Assembly (NCBI RefSeq): GCF_006345805.1
Contig: NC_042999.1
Span: 62,558,001 to 62,622,000 of the forward strand
Source of the DNA: Octopus sinensis
Lineage: Eukaryota
Reading direction: 5' to 3'
DNA: 64,000 nt
The notes below the pieces were generated by a model. That model ran no database searches. It saw nothing but the letters and a program-made list of their open reading frames with translations, and was not told where the DNA came from. The translations under genes and the position numbers were made by a program. Below, in pieces: positions 1 through 12,273 of the stretch; positions within the stretch are counted from its first letter, which is position 1, and each line of letters opens with the position of its first letter.

Positions 1-115
1 ATAAAGCAATGTAAGTGCTTAATAATAACATTACACTTTTATTTGTTCCAACCACTGGCTGGAACAATTACAAACATCACCATACTGAATGTTTAAATAT
101 GTGTATGTGTATGTG

Positions 116-149
<34 letters not shown>

Positions 150-150
<1 letters not shown>

Positions 151-557
151 TCTTTTACTTGTTTCAGTCATTTGACTGTGGCCATGCTGGAGCACCGCCT
201 TTAGTCAAGCAAATTGACCCCGGGACTTATTCTTTGTAAGCCTAGTACTTATTTTATCGGTCTCTTTTGCCAAACCACTAAGTTATGGGGATGTAAACAC
301 ACCAGCATCAGTTGTCAAGTGATGTTGAGGGGATGAACCCAGACACACAAACATATACACGCACATACATATATATATGTATATACATATATACGACGGG
401 CTTCTTTCAGTTTCCGTCTACCGAAATCCACTCACAAGGCTTTGGTCAGCCCAAGGCTATAGTAGAAGACACTTTCCCAAGGTGCCATGCAGTGGGACTG
501 AACCCAGAACCATGTAGTTGGTAAGCAAGCTACTTATCACACAGCCACTCCTGCACT
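150..557 (-). mobile_element. tRNA-derived SINE, family A (ggagtggctgtgtggtaagtagc... head, internal TA tract, ...gactgaaacaagtaaaagag tail)
   Basis: Reverse complement of the repeat seen more than 10 times in the window; A/B-box-like head (GTGGTAAG...GGTTCAGTCCC). Confidence 0.9.
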
Positions 558-658
558 TATATATACAAGAAAAAAAAACACCTGCTTCTTCAGATTCTTT
601 TCCTTATATTTTTACTTGTGCAGTAACTCCCAACTTTACTTTGTTATATATATATATT

Positions 659-805
659 GTCCGTTTAATTGGAAAATTCTTTATGTGGCTGAAGATTGCT
701 CGACATTTTAAAACTGATGTAATACTTACAGTGTTTAATAAAATGAAGTAGCATGAAACAATTGTACTACTCTACCTTGGATATCCTTGTTGCTTATTTT
801 GATTA
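659..805 (+). mobile_element. Small (TA)n-flanked repeat carrying a hammerhead-like motif; inverted copy at about 14604-14730
   Basis: Two diverged copies in opposite orientation share gtggctgaagattgctcgacatttt...gcatgaaac.attgtac. Confidence 0.75.
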
Positions 806-807
806 TA

Positions 808-848
<41 letters not shown>

Positions 849-850
<2 letters not shown>

Positions 851-1195
851 CTTACTTCCCAACCACATGGTTCAAGGTTCAATCCCACTGTGTAGCACCT
901 TGGGCAAGTGTCTTCTCAGGCCGACCAAAGCCTTGTCAATGGATTTGGTAGACAGAAACTGAAAGAAGCCTGTTGTATATATGTATGTATATATGTTTGT
1001 GTGTCTGTGTTTGTCCCTCACCACCACTCGACAACTGATGTTGGTGTGTTTACATCGCTGTAACTTAGCAGTTCGGCAAAAGAGATCAATAGAATAAGTA
1101 CTAGGCTTTACAAAGAATAAGTCTTGGGTCGATTTGTTCGACTAAAAGTGGTGCTCCAGCATGGCCACAGTCAAATGACTGAAACCAATAAAAGA
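849..1195 (+). mobile_element. SINE family A (5'-truncated)
   Basis: Same body and tail as the other copies. Confidence 0.88.
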
Positions 1196-1856
1196 ATAAT
1201 ACATATGTATATAATTAATTAGAATTAAAGTACAAAAATTTTTTACATGTTGTGCCATTCATTTATAAAACTACTTGCTCTAATAATTAATGATTATGAA
1301 ACTTAGACTACAAATTAGGGGAGCTTACTAAAATCTGCTACATGGTACAAAGAGTAATTTGAATTCTTAGGGAGCTGATAATAGGTAGAACTGTTGGGAC
1401 AGCAAAAATATCCTAATTAGAGGTATTTTAGTTATTTATTTTTTCTTTTTCTTTCCTTTCTCTTTTTTTTTGTTGCTTACTTTTGTAAATTAATAATGAT
1501 TGTTTCTAACAATAATTAAAGAAAATGAAACTTTATGAGGATATGGTATTAAATTGAGTGAAAATACATTCACTTTAAACTTGGCTATAATTAACGGTGT
1601 AGCTCAGAGACCATCAAACAATTGCATGGATTTTATTTATATTTGCAGAAATTATTATTTTAAATTTTCATATCTACTGTTGTTTATTATATTCAACTAA
1701 GTGTACGTTTTACTATTTTATCAAAATAATTCTACTTTCATTTCTAATAAGGAATTAACTGAATTTTTTTTTCATTTGTTAATTTCTATATTTAAGTAAC
1801 ATTTTCATATCCATTCACTTAGTCTAATACTTTGTATAATTAATTCCTGCTTTTAG

Positions 1857-2083
1857 CGAATTCACATCTAAGATGGAAAGTCGAACAACAATTCCGAAGA
1901 GGCAGATTATTCGAAGCCCAAGTTCCGAAAGTTCAAGCTTTGAACGGAATGATGGAAGCATTTCGGATTCTGCTGTATCTTCCAGTGTCATAGAAGGTAG
2001 GAAACGACGGCCAAGCCTCGGTCACAAGGTAGCAGCATTTGTTGGGCTTTCCCGACGAAGTAGTAGTGCTGTGCAGCTAGCAG
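1857..2083 (+). CDS. RIMS: RIM/unc-10 internal coding exon (linker upstream of C2B; phase 2 in, phase 1 out)
   Basis: Acceptor ttttag at 1856 and donor gtaggt at 2084. Encodes EFTSKMESRTTIPKRQ...ERNDGSISDSAVSS...KRRPSLGHKVAAFVGLSRRSSSAVQLA, matching the RIM 'DGSxSDxAV...KRRxSxGxK...SRxSxS' segment. Phase matches the next exon. Confidence 0.93.
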
Positions 2084-2899
2084 GTAGGTTACGATGACAC
2101 AAAATTCCTCCCATTCTCCATTGTCCCAATCCAGTAACCCTGTTCCCTCACACTGCTTGCTTTTGCATTGCCAGCATGATTCTTTCTCAATGGGTACATT
2201 GTTACCATTAGCATTGCATCTGCATGATTCTAATAACACCTATACTATTTATTCTTAACAACAAAAATAGTGAGTAAATTTTTCTATTTGAAAGAACATA
2301 AAAAGAAGAAAATTAACTGTCTAATAAGTTTTCTATTACTGTTTTCTTAAAATTTAATAAGCAAATAGTTAATGTTATCCACTGTAAGGATCAAAAATAA
2401 AAATACTATTATCATATTGGTGAAATTTGTAGCTAAGGCCTGAACATTAATATGATGTGAAAATATTTTTGCTTCACTGCTCATGCTGAAATGTTCAGTG
2501 GAACCCTTAGATAGTTTTTCTTTTCTTATCCTGTTATTGCAATATCTTACTCAAGGCTCTTTAAAACTTCACTTTAGCTTATATACACCAAAAAAGTATT
2601 CCTTTTATCATTAACAACCTTCTATGAAAATACAGAAGAGCTTAATAGGAATTTTAACTCTTAAAACATTTTGTTGTCTCCAATGAATAACTGTTTGCTG
2701 AACATAGTTTGTTCAGCAAAGTGCTAGAACCAGCACACAATTGTACATATCTTATTCAGACTGTAGTTGTAAACTTTCTTCAATTGAGATAGAAATAGCT
2801 TCTTAGAAAGTGAGACATTTTTTAATGTGAATAACCATTAAATTTTACTCCTAACAGTTAGTACTCATCATGAAATCACATTCCTTTTTAAGATTTATT

Positions 2900-3050
2900 C
2901 CCATTAGTATAATTCTTAAAAAAAACTAATTTAATATTTTATTTACTTCATTGATAAATAAACTAGTGCCAAATTCCCATCAGTATAATTATTAAAAAAA
3001 CTAATTTAATATTTTATTTACTTCATTGATAAATAAACTAGTGCCAAAAT
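2900..3050. repeat. About 76-bp direct tandem duplication
   Basis: cccat.agtataatt.ttaaaaaaa...aactagtgccaaa twice. Confidence 0.9.
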
Positions 3051-3439
3051 TGTCAGTTATAAACTTCATTCTTCTTAGGTTTTCCTGTATAACAGGAATT
3101 AACAAAACTTCTATAGGCAGTTACCAAAGCGATGTCTAGATTTCTAATCTGACATTCACAAATAGCTTCACTCAGGAATATTTTCGTCTTTTCCTTTTGC
3201 ATGTTTTAGAAGTTTTACTTCTTTAATGTTTTTCTCCTTTATTTTTTTTATCACTTCACCTAATCATTCACTCTTAATAAAGCTTGAAGGGTCCTGCATT
3301 TCAAACAATTTTCTGGACTATAAAAGAAATAATTATAATTTGTAATATAATTTTTTAAGTTTCCCAGTATAATTAATTTAGCAATTTTAAATGAAAAAGT
3401 TCTAAAATGTAGTTATATAAGTATTAGAGAATATGTGTT

Positions 3440-3496
3440 TGAGTGTACATATGTGTATGTGGGTATTTATATGATATATATATATATATATATATG

Positions 3497-3591
<95 letters not shown>

Positions 3592-3593
3592 TG

Positions 3594-3673
<80 letters not shown>

Positions 3674-3675
3674 TG

Positions 3676-3709
<34 letters not shown>

Positions 3710-3714
3710 ATATG

Positions 3715-3756
<42 letters not shown>

Positions 3757-3870
3757 TATTGTATATATATATATGTATATATATATGTATATATATATAT
3801 ATATGTATGTATGTATATGTACATAACTGTATATACATGTGTGTGTATATGAGTGAAAGAGAGTGTGTGT
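3440..3870. repeat. Long compound (TA)n/(TATG)n microsatellite
   Basis: Direct reading. Similar tracts at 6441-6500, 17515-17790, 30600-30727, 33795-33950, 38815-39165, 53195-53392, 57067-57520 and 60320-60463. Confidence 0.98.
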
Positions 3871-4229
3871 ATGTGCGTAAGCAAATAAGTGAGCTAAATT
3901 ATAAGCTTGCAGAAGCAATAATCACATTATTTCTAACTTGAAGAAAAAAGAATATTGAAATATGCACTTCTGAATTGGTAGGATGTTAAAACTTAAAGCT
4001 AATTTTACATAATGTGAAAAATATTTTGATGGTAATGAATGCTAAATCTTTCCTTAGTGAAGAATGTACCACCTATCATAGGTGAGTTATTAGTAATTCC
4101 AGAATAATAGCCAGACTGACTGAGAGATACAAAACAGTTTAGAGAATGAAGATATGGAAGCTTAAATATCCATTGAATAGTCAGAAATTTGGAGAAGTTC
4201 TTGTTGAAGCATTTGATAAGAAGAATAGT

Positions 4230-5250
4230 AGATGGAAATTCATAATGTAAAAGACAATTAAGAGTTCCTATAAGACAATATGCTGAGGGTTGGACCAAAT
4301 CTGCTGTTGGTGTAAAGTCTCAACAGGAACAATGGTAACATGGTTGTGGAACAATGAGTTAGACAGAACAAAAAAGCAATGAGACAGGATTGGTAAAATT
4401 GGAAGAAAGGGACCAGCAGAGAATTATACCAAGAGCTAGAAGAGAAGCTAGACAACAGATGTTCTTAGCTAAGAGAGAAGCAGAAAATAAGAAGTTTGTC
4501 AATGTTCTATGATGTGAGGTGTTTTGAATTGGAAGGCAGAGGTACTAGAAAAGATCAAGACATCAAGAGGGAAAAGTATGCACAGAATAATAATGGAACT
4601 CTTTCTTTTACAAACGTTGAAAAGAAGGATTTCTAGAAGTGCTATTATAGAAGTGGAGGCGCAATGGCCCAGTGGTTAGGGCAGTGGACTCGCGGTCGTA
4701 GGATCACGGTTTCGATTCCCAGACCGGGCGTTGTGAGTGTTTATTGAGCATAAACACCTAAAAGCTCCACGAGGCTCCAGCAGAGGGTGGTGGCGATCCC
4801 TGCTGTACTCTTTCACCACAACTTTCTCTCACTCTTTCTTCTGTTGACCTGCTCGCTTAGCCAGTGGGGTGGTGTCATTTGAAGGCTAAAACAATGCGAA
4901 GTGCATTGTGACCAGCGATGTGTAGCAACATCTGATAGCTGGTCGGTCACGGTGCGGTGCTATTATAGAAAACTGTTAAATGAAGAGAATGCATGTAAGA
5001 AAAAGGTTCTTCTCAAAGTAAACCTAAATGGGGGGACTGGCCATTTAAGTTACCAGCCATATGATAGCAATTAAGGATATGAAAGCACTAGGTCCATCAG
5101 ATCTTGCTGCTGAGATGCATAAAATGTCTGGAGAAGCAGTTAATTACAGGCTGATCATTTGCATGGTCAACCAAGCAGTACCAGGAAGGTGTCATACCCA
5201 ATGATTGACATAGCAACAGCATCAATTTCAACAAGGGCAAAGAAATCCCT
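4230..5250 (+). mobile_element. Degenerate LINE ORF2 fragment interrupted by a SINE
   Basis: Purine-rich broken frames with pre-RT linker-like pieces (tggtgtgg/WW-like, KALGPS, YKGK-like). Confidence 0.5.
4653..4956 (+). mobile_element. tRNA-derived SINE, family B (resembles octopus OR-type SINEs), with 14-bp target-site duplication
   Basis: Head ggaggcgcaatggcccagtggttagggcagtggactcgcggtc...gtttcgattccc. TSD gtgctattatagaa at 4639-4652 and 4957-4970. Inserted into a LINE remnant. Confidence 0.9.
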
Positions 5251-6129
5251 GTTCAAACCATTTTACTTTTATGCCAGCAAATACAATTCTTGCCATTGCA
5301 GCAATCCACCACTAACCATTGGTTTCCATGGATTCTGTTTTTTTTTTCATTTTCACACACACACCAAATATATATGTGTATGTATGTATATATATATATA
5401 TATATATATATTCGCATATTCACACAACACATGCATACATACATACATATACCTTAATATGCATTTATCTGTGCATGTGTGCATGCTTATACACAATGTA
5501 CTAATTTGAAAATGTGTGGCAGAAATAAAATAAGGAATATTGAATACTTGCTATGGAGTAATATATTTTAAGGTTGGTTACCGTTTCAATATGGTCATTC
5601 CTCAGGGTTTTGCTCTGATTGGCTGACATTTAACATCAGCAATAAATCTATTACCATTTCTTGAAACAATTTCTTCTTTGAAATACTATCTGAAGACAAT
5701 CTGAGAAATTGAGAAGTGAGCATAATGGAACGGTGTTTCAATCTTACTTATGTATCTTATCTTTTTGTCTTTTACCTTTCACTCGCAAGGCATTGGTCAG
5801 CCCAGGGCTATGATTGCAAGACATTGGTCTGCCCAGGGCTATTGTAGAAGACACTTGCTCAATGTGCAGCACAGTAGGACTGAACCCAAAACTAGATGGC
5901 TTGAAAGCAAGCTTCTTAACCACAGAGTTACATAAAAAGCACTCTGTAAAGTGATTGGCATTAGGAAGGGCATTCAGCTGTAGAGACTATGCCAAAACAG
6001 GCAATGGAGCCTAGCGCTGTTCTCTACTTTGCCAGCTCCTGTCAAGCTGCCCAGCCCATGCCAGCATAGAAACTGAACATTAATTGATTACGATGATGAT
6101 GTACATGTGTGTTATGAATATTATATTAA

Positions 6130-6435
6130 TATTTCAAATACCAGCCTTGCCACACATGAAAGATCACATCAGGAGACTAAATCAAGATGTTCATATGCAT
6201 GTGGTCCCATCTGAGCCTCATCTGAGCTTTCCTGTATGTTCAAAGATTTGCTCATCTACTAGTGGGTTGAAAATCCATTTCAGTTTAATGCATAAGGGCA
6301 GAACCACTCTCAATGACTTTGACCAAATTCCTTGCTATATTCGTTATGAAAAAATTTCAAAGTCAGAGCTAGGTGGTCATCCAAAAAGCTGATGAGCCTG
6401 ATACAGGAAAACTGCTGAAAATTGAGTTGATGACT

Positions 6436-6440
<5 letters not shown>
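6130..6440 (+). mobile_element. LINE 3' end with degenerate C2H2 finger, followed by (TA)n
   Basis: Peptide (F/C)PVCSKICSSTSGLKIH...H resembles the C-terminal zinc finger of RTE-type ORFs. Confidence 0.55.
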
Positions 6441-6505
<65 letters not shown>

Positions 6506-9500
6506 CCCTTGTAATTACTGATTAGGTACTTGTCTCAATTTCTCCCCATCCTGTTTGAAAACATTATCTCTTTCTTCAACATTTGGTTGTCTAACAAAAA
6601 CTTTTTGATTGCATGATCTTTGATATTTCTACTGTTTTATCCTGAAAGGTCTGTTGTTTTGAAATAAAGCATGGTGAAAGCTACAAAGCTGTTAATTCAA
6701 CTAATAGTGTTCAAATAGAGTTAAAATAGATTATAAAATTCTAAATGACAGCTTCAAATTTAGATTCATCCTAAATAGCAAAGCTTAAAGCTTACTCTGA
6801 ATTCATTTTTCTTAATACCTACTTAGAACTAAAGCTACAACTGAATATGTGAGTCAAGAAGTGTTTTAGTAAAACAATACTCAAAATTTTCAGTTAGAGA
6901 ATTATTTCTAAATATTATCTGTGATCTTTCCATATTTCTTATTGTCCTCATACTTGAGGTATTGAGATATTATAAAGATGGAGTATTTTGCAAGCATGGG
7001 GAGGGTTTTATTCTCTTCACTGATTACTGAAAGAAGGTTAATCCCTTTACAAAGGAAATATTATGAGTGACTCCATTTTAATCTGATTAACTGACTCTTC
7101 AAATATACTATAAGAGTATTGGATCTTCTCCATTTTATTTATAATCTTAATAGTAGAAGGAACTAGATCAAGGAGAAGTAATCAAACTGTCCAAGAAAGA
7201 GCATTTCCTGATGATTCATAGTAACTCTTTATTTTTTTATTGTTAATGCATGCAGAATCCATCCTTTCACTCTCTACCAAGTTGCTATCAACTCACCAGG
7301 GTCTGCTTGAAAGGAAGCAAAACTAATTCCAGTTCTTGCACTGGTTTTGATTCTGGAATAGAAGTATGTTTGAGCATTAAAATATCCAACTTAAGGGATG
7401 AGAGTGCAATATCTGAATTTTATTTTCTGAAACATAAAAAAAGGGGTTTGTAACATTCCCAGGAAAGGAAACATAAAGAAAGCATTTTTTAAACTATAAA
7501 CTCTGAAAATCATTTCTTTTACATTAACATTTTGAGTATTTAGTTCAAGATTAGATTTCTATGGTTGAATATAAGGCAACTTGCTGTTACTGTTAAGTTA
7601 CTGTTTTTGGAAATAAAAGTAACAAGAATCTGAAATGCAAGTACACTAGTGTGAGTATATACTATAATTAGAACTAATTTTCTTTTTAATTATTGTTTTC
7701 CTTTTAATGAATTGATCAGAGGAAGAAGGGCAGTGTCTATGACCTGAGCCAGGGAAAAAGATAACAAATTATCCTCAGAGCTGGCCTAAATTCTCACAAC
7801 AAAGTGAACTTTGCTAAAGGCTTAGGTTAAACTGTATGACAAATTAATTCCACAACCCCAAAACAAATATTCCCTCTGATATGCTTCTATACAGTTTTCA
7901 TTACCTAAATTGGTCAACCTGAAGCTATGGTAGAAAGCTCTTGCTGAAGGTGTCATGCAGTAGCATTGAGCATGATCCCATGTTGTTGCAAGATGAACTT
8001 TTGAATTACTTTTTATTATAAATAAGTCTCAAAATATTTCTAACTTTATGTCACTTATGATGCAACAAACTACAGGAGCAATTCAATTCTACCTTAATTC
8101 TTTTTTTCTTTTTTTTGTAGCCTTATTAATTTGAAATTAAAACTGATAAAGTGTACATTAAATGCAACCGTCAAAGAAATTAGAAAGAAATAGTTACAAA
8201 AATTATATAAAATTCAATATTTAAAACTAATGTAGAATATTAAATTGAAAAAGTAAGTTGCTGATTAGTTGAAATTGTATACTTATAGGCTTGAATACTG
8301 TCTAACTCTTGAATAAACTCATTATTGGACTTAGTCTATTCCTTTGGAAAAAGGCAAGGAAAAGATTTGCTTGTCATTTTAGAATATGCTGAATTAAATT
8401 CTAATGTAGCTTCCAAAAGTTTTTTCTATTTTCTATCCTTTTTCCTTTTATAGTTAGCACTGTATCAAATATTGTGAAATAATGTTTTTCTATTTTTAAT
8501 TCTGTTTTATTAATTCAAATTTAAAACATTAGTATATATTCAATAGACATTTTGCTTATTGTAACCAAGGATTTTAATATTCAACTTTTTCTAGATTAAC
8601 AGACTACCTATCTTAATAAAAACTACACTGTCCTTTCTCAGTGTGCAAACATTAAAATTAGATACTTTATATAAATTCTTCTCTAAACAAATAAAGATGT
8701 GTTAGTAGCAGAGAAATGGTTGTAATAAAGTAAAAAGGTTTGCAGTTATATCTGGTAAAGCAGACCCAAAAGTTTTCAATCTAGTTTTAGACTTCTTTTT
8801 TTTTTTTTTCTATTTGCAAATTTATCTACATATAAATGCACATAGACTGATTTTTCCAATCTCTATGATGCTTTCTTTGCAACACTGCCTTCCCAGAGTT
8901 TTGCTTCAGCAGAGCAACCAGCCAGCTAGCCAGCCAACCAGCCAGCCAACCAGCCTGCCTGTTGCTTGCTAGAATTCTAGCATTTGCTGTCACTCTTACT
9001 TCTGCTGTCATTGCCACTCTTACTGTTGCTGCCACTTTTGCCATTCCTCAAATAGCTCTTAGTTTCCTTATTCTCTTTCTCTAACCTAACCTCTTCTTTC
9101 CATTCCTTCCCTCCAATCCACCAAAATGATGCATCCTGAAGATTTCAACTAAAGACTTGGGACCACTTATGCTGCTACTGTCTTACACAATTGGCTTGAA
9201 GTCATAGACCAAAATTTGATCATGTTCACTGCATTACTTATTATTAACAAAAAATATATCAATATTTCAATTAAAGTTCTTCTCCATTTCTTCTCTACAA
9301 ATTAAAATTAGTGATATATTTACCTTGAAAACTTGTCATCCTACATAAATATATATATATAGGGAGAATTCACAAAAAAAAAAACAAAGGACGAAGACAG
9401 GTGATGTAGACAACAAACAGATGTATTAGTTTAACACTCAGGAAGTGAAAAAGTCTTTAACCTTTTGAGCCTATGCTCTTCTACAGAAAGAAACAGGGAG

Positions 9501-10339
9501 AGAAAATTAAGAATGTGTAGTGGCTAGCAATCTATCATATTAGCAAAGGCATTTTCATTGATAATGAATCTTTATCATTTATATCATTTGAAATGATTTC
9601 CTAACACAGAGTGTTAGGGAACTGCAGTTTATAATATTCAGTGTTTTCATATCTTCTTTATAATGATAAACAGGCTTCAAAACTATACTGGTGTGTTTGT
9701 TTTATGTCTCTGAAAATGTAAAATATACAGAGCTCAGAGCTAAGCTTTCATACCTAAGTCACTGGATTTAGTTAAGTTTCTACTCTTTTTTTGGTCACAG
9801 ACTGAAATCAGCAAAGTTTTTGATAAGATGTTTCAAAGTTAACATCTATAAGCTGTCGTCCAAATAATTTCTATGACTTTTTTTTTATTGGAGCAGGAGT
9901 TGTAGTGTGCCAAAATTGATGTCACACACAATTTAGATATGCACCTTGCTTTTATGAGTTTAATTTGGCCTTTCAAAGGTGATAGAATAAGTTGTAGTAA
10001 TAATCTAGAATTACCTATATTTCTCTTCCTTAAAAAATTGCTTTTATTGATGTCTCATTTAAGTTTCATCTATTAGTTGAGATTTGAATATATGACTCAA
10101 CTACAAACTGTATTTTATAACAAAAAACATTTGACATGGAGAAGATAAGCTTAAACTACAAAGAGTTAACTTGAACAATCTTTTATATTCTTTTTTTGGT
10201 CTCCTTCATTCAGTCATATTGTACTCCCCTATAGCAGCTATATCATGACCTATATCTGCTACTACTTCTACCAATATTTGCATTCACTGCTACTAGTGCT
10301 ACTCTTTTTACTTCAATCTACCCTGGGTTTCTTGTCCAG

Positions 10340-10560
10340 CTGGTTATCAGCAAATCCTTATCTTCCTACTCCTACATCTCTGCTACCTCGTCGTGATGAC
10401 CATTTTGGTCGGTTTGATGGCTCGAAATATCTATATAGATCTTACCAAATGCAGCAGCAAAGTGATTGTTTTCAGCTATTGTCAAGTGGTTCGTCACCAG
10501 TGATTCGATGTTGTAACATCACTAACTCCATTGGTTGTTCTTTGCCTACTCATCACAACT
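10340..10560 (+). other. Candidate alternative/cryptic exon inside RIM intron
   Basis: Acceptor tttcttgtccag at 10339, consensus donor gtaagt at 10561, and a locally GC/CpG-richer non-repetitive island. Phase-1 reading is open for 54 codons to TGA at 10501. Confidence 0.45.
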
Positions 10561-12273
10561 GTAAGTATGGAGCAGCGTGCGTGCAAGCGTTTATAGGCCC
10601 CCTTTTCCAAGTGTCATGATAACATTTTTGCCACTCATTGATCATATTAGGTGAAGTATCATTTTACTCTGTTGAGCTCTGGGAAAATAATAATACTTAT
10701 TAAAAACAGTTACTTATGTTTATAAATGGTTAGGAAACCTGCTTAAAATATTTAGTTAACTGATGCTGAGAACCTTAATTATAAAACATTATTTTATCAT
10801 CACATTATTTTCTCTTATTTTATTAATTTCCTCCAATTTATCACCATTAACATATTTTGTTGTTATTAAGACAAATTGATTCAAGGGTGATTCAAATTTG
10901 AGCTGGGTTTTGTTCAGAAGTAGTCTTCAAAGAGTTGGGTTAGTGTGTCTATGCATGTGTTACCCAACACAAGAAACTAAAGTAGTCTCATAAGTTTATG
11001 ATCAAATATATAATTAGAATTAGAGGACATTAGTTGGTCAATTATAGTCAAAACAATAAAATCAAACATCGAGTTATATTAGTTTACCATCAGAAGAGAA
11101 AATATCTAGCATTTCAGAAAGAACTCTTCATCACAGAATAGAGGATTCTATCCAAAATATTCCACAGAGCAAACTAGCATACCTAATTATTTATTCATAA
11201 TTTTTTTCATTTTACCACAGGATTAAAGCCAATATACCCATTGAATTCTTTATCTGAACAGTCAAAAGGAATGAATAAAAAGTAAAGTCAAAATTATTTT
11301 TAAATGACTGAATCATTTAGAAAAATCCTTATTTATAACTTATTAGGTTCTCTTGAAATTAATACTCTAGACAGAATGTGAGATAAAGAAATCCCTTATT
11401 TGCAAACTAAGTATGGGTTGATGACAGGAAGAGGATCTGACTAAAATTTTGCCTTGATTCCCATCCAAGTGATGTTAAACAAACAAACAACTAAATATAC
11501 AAATTACTAGAATAATAATTTTAAGTATTTCACAATGAAATGTAGGATAGAAAATTTGAGCTTCATGAATGTTTCAAACAATTACACTAGACCATGTCAT
11601 TCAATTTAAGAATTTCATTCATTTCCTATTTTCACTCTTTTTAGTATGAAATGCAACATTAAATAAAGGAATGTTTCTAATTCCTAAATAAGCTCAATTT
11701 ATTCTCTTTAGTCAAATTGCCATTAATATCATAACTAATTCTTTAATACAATATTTTTGCTTTAAGTAATAAATAAGTTACGATAATTTTCTTATGTTTA
11801 AAGTATGCAGTACTTTCCTTTTATCCAACCATAAAACCTGTTAGGCAAAATGTTTTACTATCTTTAGGTATTCAACTATTGTTAATTTGGTAATACACCT
11901 TTTTACATATTCATATAATACTGTATAGAATATTATTATTGTAATTATTTACATTAATAATAAAATCACATTAAAATTTCTATTGTCTTGGTAAGTCTAA
12001 GCTCATAATTTACATTTGGTTTAATACAATATGTTTACTATATTGTGAAATTAGAGACAGGTTCTTTACCATTATTAAAAAGATAATTAAAATTTTTGAC
12101 TATTGTTTCGGATATGTCTGAGTTTAACTCTTGTGGCACAAACACAAACACTTGAATGGCTTGGATTAAACCTAAAACATATATAACTAACATTTGCACT
12201 TCAATATTAAGTATCATTTTTTGCTTCTGTATAAGTAAGCATTAGACCTTGAAGGTTCATTTAACCTGTGACA

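Noticed and set aside
312-524. Recurrent ORFs such as 'IHSQGFG.PEAIVEDTCPRCHAVG' and 'NHMV.GS.PLHGTLGKCLL'
   Set aside because: They are translations of SINE family A on either strand, not a gene family.
3435-3941. Many 60-155 aa ORFs rich in Y/I/M/H/T (also at 17.5, 30.5, 33.7, 38.8, 49, 53, 57 and 60 kb)
   Set aside because: They are translations of (TA)n, (TATG)n and (CA)n microsatellites, which lack stop codons.
4653-4730. tRNA-like cloverleaf sequence
   Set aside because: It is a SINE head continuing into a SINE body with a TSD, not a tRNA gene.
5566-5612. Minus-strand CTGAGGA...GAAACGGTA hammerhead-like string
   Set aside because: No stem I pairing and poor stem II; likely chance or too decayed.
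7720-7764. Acceptor-like AG followed by RKKGSVYDLSQGKR*, similar to KKKGSV in exon 17837
   Set aside because: Wrong phase for the upstream exon, early stops and only a 5-residue match; probably coincidence.
8826-9044. 72-aa minus-strand ORF in a GC-richer patch
   Set aside because: Made of (CCAG)n and (CTG/TTG)n simple repeats with no usable splice sites.
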